The position numbers and the translations under genes were made by a program. A stretch of DNA of 57,111 nt, counting the filler, from Basidiobolus ranarum (Eukaryota), in NCBI GenBank assembly GCA_040143965.1. It is 4 parts of 4 records of this genome, joined end to end, with 100 filler letters (N's around TTAATTAATTAA, not from the genome) between each part and the next. Parts side by side here need not be neighbours in the genome. Positions count along the whole stretch, not along the records: positions 1 to 14,227 come from JASJQH010007310.1; positions 14,328 to 28,548 come from JASJQH010007311.1; 2 more parts are not named here. One strand, written 5' to 3'. Shown here in pieces: positions 12,157 to 22,230 of this stretch (within the stretch, counting starts at the first letter, position 1; each line of letters opens with the position of its first letter). A model generated the notes under the pieces. It worked only from the letters and a program-made list of their open reading frames with translations. It did no database searches and had not been told where the DNA came from.

Positions 12157-14032
12157 AATGTTCGACGTTGTACTGGTTGGGATAAACCTTTTTTCTGGTT
12201 AGTTTGAAACTTAAACGAGCACTCCAAGCTATCTTTCTCATACTTCCCCTCCTTGAATTGATCTCATCGTTCCCCTATCGACCCTGGCTGTGTACATACG
12301 CATCCCAGGTGATCCTCTTCAAATGTTTACCCAATGCTGTAATTAATAAGTGTCGATATTATACAATTCCTGGTATTTCCGATAATTATTCTGATAAATC
12401 AGCACCGGAACATCTGGATCATCTTTGATTGAGATAGTTTCTGGCAAATGATCAACCTCATTCTATAGCACTAAATTTATGAGCATTCTATTCGTGGGTG
12501 AAATGTGATGGCCTGGCTTGACTCGTCCCTCGAATAAGAAGTTACTTAAAATATAAATAGCCTAGCGTTCATTTAATGTTCATGTGCTCAATATTTCAAA
12601 TTCATTACCAAATTTTATCCAACCAACATAACATTGTGCTAGGGGGTAGTTGACGTCATTCTTTGGAATTGCAGCGTAAAAGTGTTAGTAAATTATTTAT
12701 GCCATAAAGAAGAGAAAAACCCACCAAATGTTTGATGGATATAATAGTTAATAGTAGCGGGTATTATTGTAAGAATAAATTTCGTTCAGATTGAATTCTC
12801 TTAGTATATATAGAAAACTCATGAAATCTTCACTGTATTTTTGTTTACATTAAACAATATCGATACGTAATTAATTTATTTGTATAATCTAGAAAGCTTG
12901 CTAGTATTTCCCAACAAGTATAAACCAACTAAAAGTTACTTAAGTGAGCAAGAATAAGAGTACTAGCATTCGTAAACCTGTCTGTACTGGTCTCCTAATA
13001 GCATTTCATGAATATTAACATCAAGCGATTATTCAAATTTATAGTACAATATTGTAATCTCCGCATGAAGTTTCTGGCAACGTTCATACGCATTTTTTAA
13101 TTGCACCAATGATAATCCACATTTGTGATGTAGTTCTGTTGCTCTTAATATGAAATATAATAATTGTGTGGTAAAGTAGTTAGTATTTCAGTAAATATCT
13201 GCTATCAGAAGATATTTTATATTCCTTTGATCAGTCACATTCTGAATACAATCTGTACCAGCTACAGTGGTCGAACATTTTTGTCTGTGTTAGTAATGTG
13301 ATGCCCTGTAGTGTATTTACTTCTTGAAGCTTTCAAATATTCTGCCAGGAATTAAATCTTGTGGAGGTTATCCAGCATATTAATTTCAGTGGTTCTGAGA
13401 GTTCCTTAAACGGTTTACTGATATCTGATACGATCTGGGGGCTCTTGCGTAACAAAATTCATATTTGTAATGAGAAAATTTGGTGGAGAATATTATACAA
13501 GTTGATAATATATCAATTGTATTATAACTAACCTATATTTTGTAGTTGATATTCATGTTATCTTACATTAGACTCAAGGAGCAAGGAGATTGATGCATCC
13601 ATAAAAATTGCAACAGTTGACTTAAATATGGGGTAGTGAATTTTAATGCTACATACGATGGCATATATCGTACTAAAAGATCGTGTCGGTACTCACCTAC
13701 AAATAACGATATTGCATTGCCTTGCCACAACGCATAAACGACATTAATCAATGCTGCAAAAAGTAACATACAGTAGTTTCCAACCAAAGCACACAGTTTT
13801 CTTATTCATTGCCCATTTACTAATTGATGAATTTATGTATCCTGATACGGTATGTACCATTCCCCAGCATTGAATGTACTCCTGCAGTATTCCGTGAACG
13901 ACAATCGAGTCTACTATAAAAATGAAGACGATAGTGGAGCGTAAAGTACATATTATACCGTTCACAAGCTTCAGAACTAGTAACCATCATTAAAATCATA
14001 GAACGTGACGTTACAACAAACTAGTTACACTC

Positions 14033-14227
14033 ATGGACAATTGGACAACTTCACAAAAGTTCTACTATCCCGTGACGATTGGCTGGAACTTCATCCTCAT
14101 CGCTTCCACTTTCCTATTCATCTCTCAGTATCAGTCACCTGCTATCCGCTACCGAAGCATCACTCTCTCGGTGTTCATGGTCATTGGAAACTCGTTAGTC
14201 ACAACACTCTATCTGGGACGAGAGCCA
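14033..14227 (+). CDS. N-terminus of a multi-pass membrane protein, possibly 7TM-RGS type; truncated by the gap
   Basis: MDNWTTSQKFYYPVTIGWNFILIASTFLFISQYQSPAIRYRSITLSVFMVIGNSLVTTLYLGREP: TM1, a P-x-I-R-Y-R-S loop, then TM2. This pattern recalls fungal 7TM-RGS proteins. TATA-like TATAAAAA near 13915. Confidence 0.5.
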
Positions 14228-14327
14228 NNNNNNNNNNNNNNNNNNNNNNNNNNNNNNNNNNNNNNNNNNNNTTAATTAATTAANNNNNNNNNNNNNNNNN
14301 NNNNNNNNNNNNNNNNNNNNNNNNNNN
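14228..14327. other. Assembly gap with artificial TTAATTAATTAA linker
   Basis: 100-nt block: N-run, TTAATTAATTAA (stops in all six frames), N-run. Identical at three places in the window. Confidence 0.97.
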
Positions 14328-14710
14328 TCACTAAAATGCCTTATGCTCAGATCCCCACCTACGGTAGGAATGATCTAGTAGGTAATGTCTGCTATAATTC
14401 ACCTAGTGAGGAGCAACAATTCCAAAAACCATATTCTGAAGAGACTGGGCGCATTATCGATCATGAGGCTCGTAAGATGATTGCCAATGCTTACGACAGA
14501 ACCCAGAAACTACTCAATGAGAAGAGAGATTGTGTCGAAAAAGTTGCTCAACTCTTATTGGAAAAGGAAGTTCTGAATCGTGAAGATATGGTTAATCTTC
14601 TCGGTAAAAGACCGTTTGCCGAAAAAACACAGTATGAAGAATTTGTCATGCCAAATACCTCATCTTCATCTGATAACCCCTCTACAATCAGTGATCAACC
14701 ATCCAAATAA
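14328..14710 (+). CDS. Mitochondrial m-AAA metalloprotease (AFG3/YTA12-like), C-terminal peptidase M41 part
   Basis: TKM.YAQI.TYG.NDLVGNV...FQKPYSEETGRIIDHEARKMIANAYDRTQKLL...VEKVAQLLLEKEVLNREDMVNLLGKRPF. The 5' part is lost in the gap. Confidence 0.9.
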
Positions 14711-16136
14711 GTAGAACCACTAGTTTAAACACCGTCAATCCACAGAAATATCTTTCAGATTAAAAAACACAATTTGCTGCATTCAAACCCTTTTTTGGCA
14801 TTCATTGTTTACAATTATTCGTTCTCTGGATATGAGATTTATACACCATTTGTATTAGGTTTGATCGAAACACGCTAATCAATCTTTATCTTGTTTACAT
14901 TTAACTATGAAATGGTGTTATGCTGAGCTGAAATCACCTTTAATTTAGAATTTGAGTATGTTTGTAATTATGTAATTGGTATGTATGAAGCAACCCCGGA
15001 TGAGATTATCATATTGACAATGCCAACCGAAATCTTCAGTTTTTCTGCCACGGTTAACCATTTACTCTAAAGATAGGAGAAAGCCAAAGAGAAAAACTTG
15101 CCAACAGTATCCTGATCGGGTCATATGATCAAGACTGATTGGCGCCGTGGTTTCAAAGTTAATGGTTACGAAGAGTGGAAAGGAATATTTAAAGGAGTAT
15201 GGATATGTGGGATGGTGCTCAAAATACGGTCAAATTTGATTTTTCGATCCCATTTTGACCCGAAGCTCCGATGATTCTGAACACACTACTGGACCTAAAA
15301 AGGATATTGTTAAGCCATTTGATTCTTGGCACTGTAATAGCCAATGGTGATCACTCCACCGCCAATTTGTATCACTTGGTAGCGCTGCATCAAATCCTCA
15401 CAAGTGCTTATGAACCTAACTGTGAGCAGGCTCAGCTGAGGTCGATAAGTCCAAACCTTAGCCTATGCATACTCGGAGATTAAACAAAATGAATGACTGA
15501 ACCTGATTATGCTCACATGAGTGGTGACCCTGACTACTCTCCTGCCTAATTCAGCAACTGGAACAGCAGCGCTTTCACTGATCTAATATACTCATCAGAT
15601 ATAGGATGCGTGTGCAGTTGGGCACAAGAACCTAGAGTACTCGGGTCCAACAAACTTCAATATGGTTTCTTCAACAACGTCGCTGGAATCGCGTAGCAAG
15701 AAGCGAAGAAATTGCTCTTTACAGCGCCACGCCATATGTTTGAATGTATATCCAGATCAATCCTTTTTCGGAAAATGTGCTACTTGATTCTGGTTTAATG
15801 AGTACTTATCTGGTCTCCATATGGTTTTCTAGGCGCTAGTTAAGGCAGCCCAATGCACTTTCAAGGATCTCTAGATATGTGACTCTCGTGAACATTCCGA
15901 CGTGTGACCCTATGGTGCTATATTCAATTTCAATTACTTTAACTGAGTATCTAGTTCCATTACTAGTTTACCCATCACCACCTAATTTCAGTTGATGCTC
16001 AATTCCGTGACCTTGTTTCCATAATCGGCAGCTCATTTGAAATTCTGCATATTTCACTAATCATTTATTGTTGGAGAAATGTCGGAATGCTGAAGATCTA
16101 TTGGTCAGGCGGAACTGTGTCAAACTGGAGTCCTTT

Positions 16137-16191
16137 TGCCAAGACTAACGGTTGGTCTAAGAAGCTTCTAAGGAATTTCGCTGGTCTTGGC
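16137..16191. promoter_or_regulatory. Pair of PacC/Rim101 consensus sites in the pacC promoter
   Basis: TGCCAAG at 16137-16143 (+) and CTTGGC at 16186-16191 (GCCAAG on -). A third TGCCAAG lies on - at 15325-15331. Confidence 0.55.
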
Positions 16192-16377
16192 TTGTATCCA
16201 CGTTCAACTAATATATCTTCAATACACTCCAAAAATTTATCCCTCAGTTTCTTCTACATTTTTGGCCTAGTTTTATATTTATTATTTTCTTAAACTCGTC
16301 AAAGTGTTTTCTTATTATATTTAGAACTTGTGCTTATTTTCTTCTCTTCTCTTCGCTTTCCCTTTATCCTTTAAAGC

Positions 16378-18477
16378 ATGTCTGATTCTGCCTCTAGCGA
16401 TTCAAACTCTACCGAGGTAGAAACTCTTACATGTCAGTGGAAAGACTGCTCGGAAACATATCCCGACCCCGAAGCACTTTATACTCACTTGACTGAAGTT
16501 CATGTTGGTCGTAGATCAACGAATAACTTATGTTTAGATTGTTACTGGGACGATTGTGTTGTCAAAACAATTAAAAGAGACCATATTACCTCACACCTAA
16601 GAGTCCACATTCCCTTAAAGCCCTTTGCTTGTAAGGTTGTAAACCATTTCATTTGTTATTATACTCGCCCTTTTGACTAACCTTGACTCTATAGAATTGC
16701 GAGAAAAGCTTCAAACGCCGCCAAGACTTGAAGAAACATGAAAAAACTCATGAGCCCCCTCAGTTTCGTATGCACTCCCTCCAAATCCCAATTTCAGCCA
16801 ATATGTATCATCGTAGATCCTGGCCAACTATCTCCATGGCATCTTCGCCACTATATATGCCTATCTCACCTGGCCATAATATGCCGGAGTTCAGCGATGG
16901 TATTGTCTCACGAATATAGCTATTTTATAATGTAACGTCTAACATTCTTCTTGTAGCTTTCTCTCCAAGCTCTGAATACTCTGATAATTTTGATCTCACA
17001 ACCCCAATAATGAACATAACTTCAAGTGACTTTGTTAACATAAGATCCATGGATAATATCAACAACAATGGCTTTGTGTTTGACAATGTCGATTACAAGA
17101 ATAATTTGAATAGCCACATTGATGAAGAATATTCTGCCTTTGGAAGGAAAAGATCCTATGATGACTATGGTGTTGATAATTTTTTCAACGATGTAAAGAA
17201 ACAAAGACTCCCCGCCGAATATAATACTGGTATGTGCATGGCTTTTATAGCGATCATCAGTAATCACGAAACCTTTACTAATCCTATATTTAGGCATGGC
17301 AAACATGTTGGACAATATCGGAAGATTCATTCTTGATGATAATTCACAACTATTAAACCAACAGAACGAACAAGATAAAGAGCAGCTTTTAGAGTTTTTC
17401 GAAACACTCAAAGACCAAATTGACCTAGATACAACCAATCCTTCTGGATTGAATTACCAAACAAACTTTGAGCCAGAATATTCTCTAGACTTCTCTAGTA
17501 ATAATATACCAAGTGGTGATTTTAACATAAATGTATCTCACATACCTTCTGGACAACCGGACACTGAATATGCAGCTCCATTTGGTGGTGATAATTTGTA
17601 TACGTCCTGCTCTCTGTATCCTCCTTCTGAGGTTTTGGAAACAAATCTAAACCCATGTAATGAGTTTGACATCATGCAACTGCCTGAAGATATCGATATA
17701 TCAAGTAGTATCTTTCCACACCTTCCGATATCTCCGCAACCTGAATTTGCATTTGGTATCGAAAACACAGATACTGTTGGCTCTATCAACGACTCCTCCG
17801 ATATACTTTACCCTTACTTTGACCATGCCTCTGGCCAAATTGTTAATTCTACTGTAGAGCAAAACCCTCGCGTCATAAACCATGCCGTTGCGCATCCAAT
17901 GCGCTCAGTTCCTCTCAATGGTAACAACACGAGCGTCGATATTCAGCATGAATTAACCACTCCCAGACTTGATTTTGACTTGCCACAGTATACTGCCATC
18001 TCAATGTTCTCACAAATGAGTGCACCTGAAAATCAGAACGCATTGGAAACCGGTTCATCTGATGGTAGCAACAAGGAACGTTTATCCCGCACAGGAATCC
18101 CTACCCATAGAGCGAGGTCCGTATCGCCAGCAAAATCTGATTATATGAAATCTATTCAAACCGAGAAGGATTCATACATTCGCAAGAAACTCTCTCACAA
18201 TTTGACTAGTGATCAGACTCGAGCCTTTTCAGGTAAGGAGTCGCAGGGTCATGCCAGTCGCTTAAAGTCGTCTGGAACCATTGGTCAAAAGAGACTCGAC
18301 CATGCCAAATTAGTGGAAATCATTATTCAAAAGCTAAGAACCCCCAATGTCCAGTTACCTCGTTCACAGAAGCCTGTCAGCATCAAGCAATTAACCGATG
18401 ACGAGAACTCGTCTGAACTTATGGAAAAACTTCAAGCTCGCTTGGAAGCTATTCGTATTGGGGGGAAGGCAACGTAG
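16378..18477 (+). CDS. pacC: pH-response C2H2 transcription factor PacC/Rim101
   Basis: Exons 16378-16635, 16695-16899, 16957-17229 and 17294-18477, frame-consistent GT-AG. Three zinc fingers: CQWKDC...[64 protein letters not shown]. Confidence 0.92.
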
Positions 18478-19003
18478 TATGTTCATGTTGACTTTTCCAC
18501 TTCAAGTTCGATGTGTAACTTTTCATTGTTTTGCCATATCTCCATCACACATCATGACACCAACTCTATGGCCTTCAATATTTGCTTGATCTTTTTAAAG
18601 TGAGAGCTCGTGATTTATTTCGAATACCACTTGTAAATTTCGTTTTATCCTATAAGCGCACCGCAAGATGCATAGCCATCGCACAACATCGATTCATGGA
18701 CTCGTCCAGATTGAATCGATGGATCTTTGCAGACAGCCTCAACTCTATCGTTTCTCGTTCTTTAGATCGCTATCGGCATCCCTTTTTCTCTATGATTTAC
18801 TACCCACGGCATTTGTGATATAACTACTGAATAGCCATCATTTTTCTTACTGTATCTCTTATTATGTTGTGCATCGATTCCTTTTGGGACACGAGTTTTC
18901 ATTGTAATTATCTTAGGCTATACTTTTATCAATTTAGTTGGTTTTGAAATGCGATTAAAAATACCATCAATTTATTACAAAATTATGCATGATGCAGTTT
19001 GAA

Positions 19004-19723
19004 TTAGAATGATGCTTTCCAGCCTAATTTCTTTTCAATACGAGGTTTCACCGAGCCTCTCCATTCATGCTCTAAGATTGCGTAATCCCAGGAGTCTAAC
19101 CAAGTATTCTCATTCATTCGAATGGTTTCCCGGGCAACACTTTCCACTGGTACGCCACAAAGATTTTCCATCCAACCACGCATTCCGGTATTATCCTTAG
19201 TAGTTTGTACCATCACTCGATGCATATGCAATACATCAAATCCATAACATAACATCAAGTAGAGAGCTTCAGTACCATAACCTTTAGTTTGGAAAGGGTG
19301 ATGAAGAATGATTCCCATAGCCGCCACCATGTCAACCAAATTTATATTGTGAAGACCACAAGAACCTACTAAAGTATGGATATCTTTTGTATCCTCTAGG
19401 TTTTCAGATACTCGAAGTATTTTAGGCCCCTCGGGAGCCAAAGGATCTATCTCTGGCTCGATAACGTTGCTACGTTCAACGAGATGAAAAACTACACGTT
19501 CCGAGTGCGCTTGACCTTCTATCTGGCTTTTGATACGTTCTTGTACTTCAGACGCGGTCCAACCGGCAGGTTCGTGTGCCATAAAGCGGAGATGCTTCAT
19601 GGTTTTTACGTCAGAGAGCATTAGGCGAATTGCCTCTTCGTCCAGTTCAACCGGCGTACGGAGAATCAGACGTGGTGTAGTTAAAGTCAACTCCCTAGGT
19701 ATTTCAACAGAGTTATTAGTCAT
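19004..19723 (-). CDS. GNAT acetyltransferase, RimJ/RimL type
   Basis: Intronless 239 aa. LTTPRLILR, LVGSCGL, acetyl-CoA motif FQTKGYGTEA and YGFDVLHMHRV. Confidence 0.88.
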   Translation of the reverse strand: MTNNSVEIPRELTLTTPRLILRTPVELDEEAIRLMLSDVKTMKHLRFMAHEPAGWTASEVQERIKSQIEGQAHSERVVFHLVERSNVIEPEIDPLAPEGPKILRVSENLEDTKDIHTLVGSCGLHNINLVDMVAAMGIILHHPFQTKGYGTEALYLMLCYGFDVLHMHRVMVQTTKDNTGMRGWMENLCGVPVESVARETIRMNENTWLDSWDYAILEHEWRGSVKPRIEKKLGWKASF

Positions 19724-20687
19724 AGTATTTTACTTATGTGTTGTTATATGTAACAACTGGTTTGTTTTACGAGTATCGAAAGTATCTGCAGATAAAATCC
19801 CGTACTTTGGTCACTTTAAATATGGTAGCATTCTCTAGAGTTCTCTCAGCTGTCAATACATGCACCATCATAAATATACATCATGACGGAAAAAGTGTAA
19901 TTCGTGCATTTACCAATAAAATCGATGGTCATTTGAATTAGGAATTAAACCATTAGTCTAAACTGCACCATACTATATCAAGTATACATATATACGCGCG
20001 CCTTGATGGAATTCCATTGTCTCACCTTGGTACTCTGAACATCACTCCATACACAAACATGAATGAGTGGATTCCTCCCATGTCCTCCTTTTGTTTCTTT
20101 TAAAATAAAGCTTTGGTCGGGATTTATACTTGTTGCAGAAACATTAGAAAAGAAAATGTCCTCAGTGTTTGTGCTAAAGGTTTCACTCTAAGTACTCGTA
20201 TCATACTGGGCATTCTAACCCTATTGCAATGACCCATCCTTTAATAGGTTTGTCATCCAAGTCGTTCAGAAGACCAACCGAAATTTCAACAATCTCAGAA
20301 GTAAATATCGAACTATCTTAGGCCTATATTTATATATATATCTTAATTCAATAATAATACCCCAATTGATTGAGAAAATAGCTGATTCATCTTTCGAATA
20401 CACCAATAGCGAGAAAAAAAAGAAAAAAAAAGGAAATCATGGAGATCGAAATTCTTTTCTTCGATATTCGCTCCCCCCTTTTTTTTCGAATCTAGTTGAT
20501 TTCAACTATTTCTCGTTTTTGAATTCTTTTTGACAAATAGTCCCCTATTTACTATTGAGCGACTCTTGCCTATTCCCTCTCTTCCCCTCCCGACCATAGA
20601 CACGTTACCTTTTACGTCCTCCTTCTTCGTACACACGATCGCGTCAATCCAATAAACACATCAGTTATCTTTTCCGTTCGTCACTTG

Positions 20688-21914
20688 ATGTCAAATCCTA
20701 CCAACGTTATGTCTTACCATGAAAATTTTAACTCTAATGAAGCTGTTGCTCGCTTTTCAAGACTCAGCATTGATCCTATAAATCGTCATCAATATTCTCA
20801 GAATGAGGAAGCCAACCCTGAGGCCAGTGCTCCTCAATCTCTCTTCGAAAAGCATACTACCCCTTTCAATCTTTCTGACAAGCCCATCTCAGCTACCTCA
20901 CCTGAAAGCACCGAAGATAACGCAAAGGTTTCCGAAACTCAACTCACTCTTAGAGCCCTTGTTTCTACCAAAGAGGCAGGTGTTATCATCGGTAAAGCTG
21001 GTAAGAACGTTGCCGAGTGGAGGGAGATAACTGGTGTTAGAGCTGGTGTCTCCAAGGTTGTGCAAGGTGTTCACGATAGAGTTTTATCGGTTACCGGTTC
21101 CCTCGAAGGAGTTGCTCAGGCTTACTCTATGATTGCTCAAACCATGTTGGAAAACCCCATTACCACCAGCCCTCCCACCACTCCAGTTTCTCCTGTCAAG
21201 CCTACTACCGTCGGTTTCGCCTCCATTCGTCTTCTAATTTCTCACAACTTGATGGGTACTATTATTGGTCGTCAAGGAATCAAAATTAAGCAAATTCAAG
21301 ATATCTCTGGAGTTCGTATGGTTGCTTCTAAAGAAATGCTCCCTCAAAGCACTGAAAGAATCGTTGAGGTTCAAGGATCTGTAGAAGCTATCAAGGTCGC
21401 CATTTGGGAAATCGGCAAGTGCCTGATTGAAGACTGGGAGAGAGGCGTTGGTACTGTGCTATACAATCCTGCCGTCAGACTTACCACCAGCTATGTCCGC
21501 CATCCTGATCATGGAGCTAGACGTGAGTACACTAGAACTGGCAATGGCAGCGACTTTAGTCGTCCTCTCACTGATGGTCATAATACCAACGATACCCATA
21601 TGGCTAATAATCAATCATCCTTCCCCAATAGTATTAATATGACTACCCAACAGATTTCTATTCCTAGTGATATGGTCGGTTGCATTATTGGAAAAGGTGG
21701 GTCCAAGATCTCTGAGATTCGTCGACTTTCTGGCTCCAGAATTAGTATCGCCAAAGTTCCCCATAATGAAACTGGTGAAAGAATGTTTACCATCATTGGT
21801 ACACCCGAGTCAAATGAAAAAGCTTTGTTTTTGTTGTATAGTCAATTAGAAGCCGAAAAAGAAAAACGTATTAATGCTGTGACCCCTAATGGTGAGGAAG
21901 CTCCTGTCATGTAA
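20688..21914 (+). CDS. Triple KH-domain RNA-binding protein (Rnc1/Hek2/PCBP-like)
   Basis: Intronless. Three GxxG loops: VIIGKAGKNV, TIIGRQGIKI and CIIGKGGSKISEIRRLSGSRISI. First ATG at 20688. Confidence 0.92.
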   Translation: MSNPTNVMSYHENFNSNEAVARFSRLSIDPINRHQYSQNEEANPEASAPQSLFEKHTTPFNLSDKPISATSPESTEDNAKVSETQLTLRALVSTKEAGVIIGKAGKNVAEWREITGVRAGVSKVVQGVHDRVLSVTGSLEGVAQAYSMIAQTMLENPITTSPPTTPVSPVKPTTVGFASIRLLISHNLMGTIIGRQGIKIKQIQDISGVRMVASKEMLPQSTERIVEVQGSVEAIKVAIWEIGKCLIEDWERGVGTVLYNPAVRLTTSYVRHPDHGARREYTRTGNGSDFSRPLTDGHNTNDTHMANNQSSFPNSINMTTQQISIPSDMVGCIIGKGGSKISEIRRLSGSRISIAKVPHNETGERMFTIIGTPESNEKALFLLYSQLEAEKEKRINAVTPNGEEAPVM

Positions 21915-22230
21915 AAGCGTCTTTACACATCTACCCTTAGAGTTACTTTTCTTTATGTTTCTGTCCATTTGTAGCCTTTCGATACTTGTATCTCTGTCAC
22001 TTTTCAATCTTCTCTTTATATAATACTTCCACTCTTTTGCTCTTTCAATAAATAAGAAACATACACCAATGGGATTCGTTACATATTTATCATTTCACTT
22101 ACTTTCTGAACTATTCATTACTGGATTTAGTTGTTCTGGAAGATACTTGGCATATAATATACTTCTAGTAAATAGAATAATGTTCGAATATCCTCAGGTA
22201 GCCTTGTTCCCTAGTTAGGGGGTACTATCA

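Noticed and set aside
14272-14283. TTAATTAATTAA palindrome repeated three times in the window
   Set aside because: Always centred in identical N-runs, so it is a synthetic scaffolding linker rather than biology.
14336-14380. Odd residues in the m-AAA protease (MPYAQIPTYGRN versus the usual MAYAQVTTYGMN)
   Set aside because: Confined to the first bases after a gap; most likely low-quality contig-end sequence.
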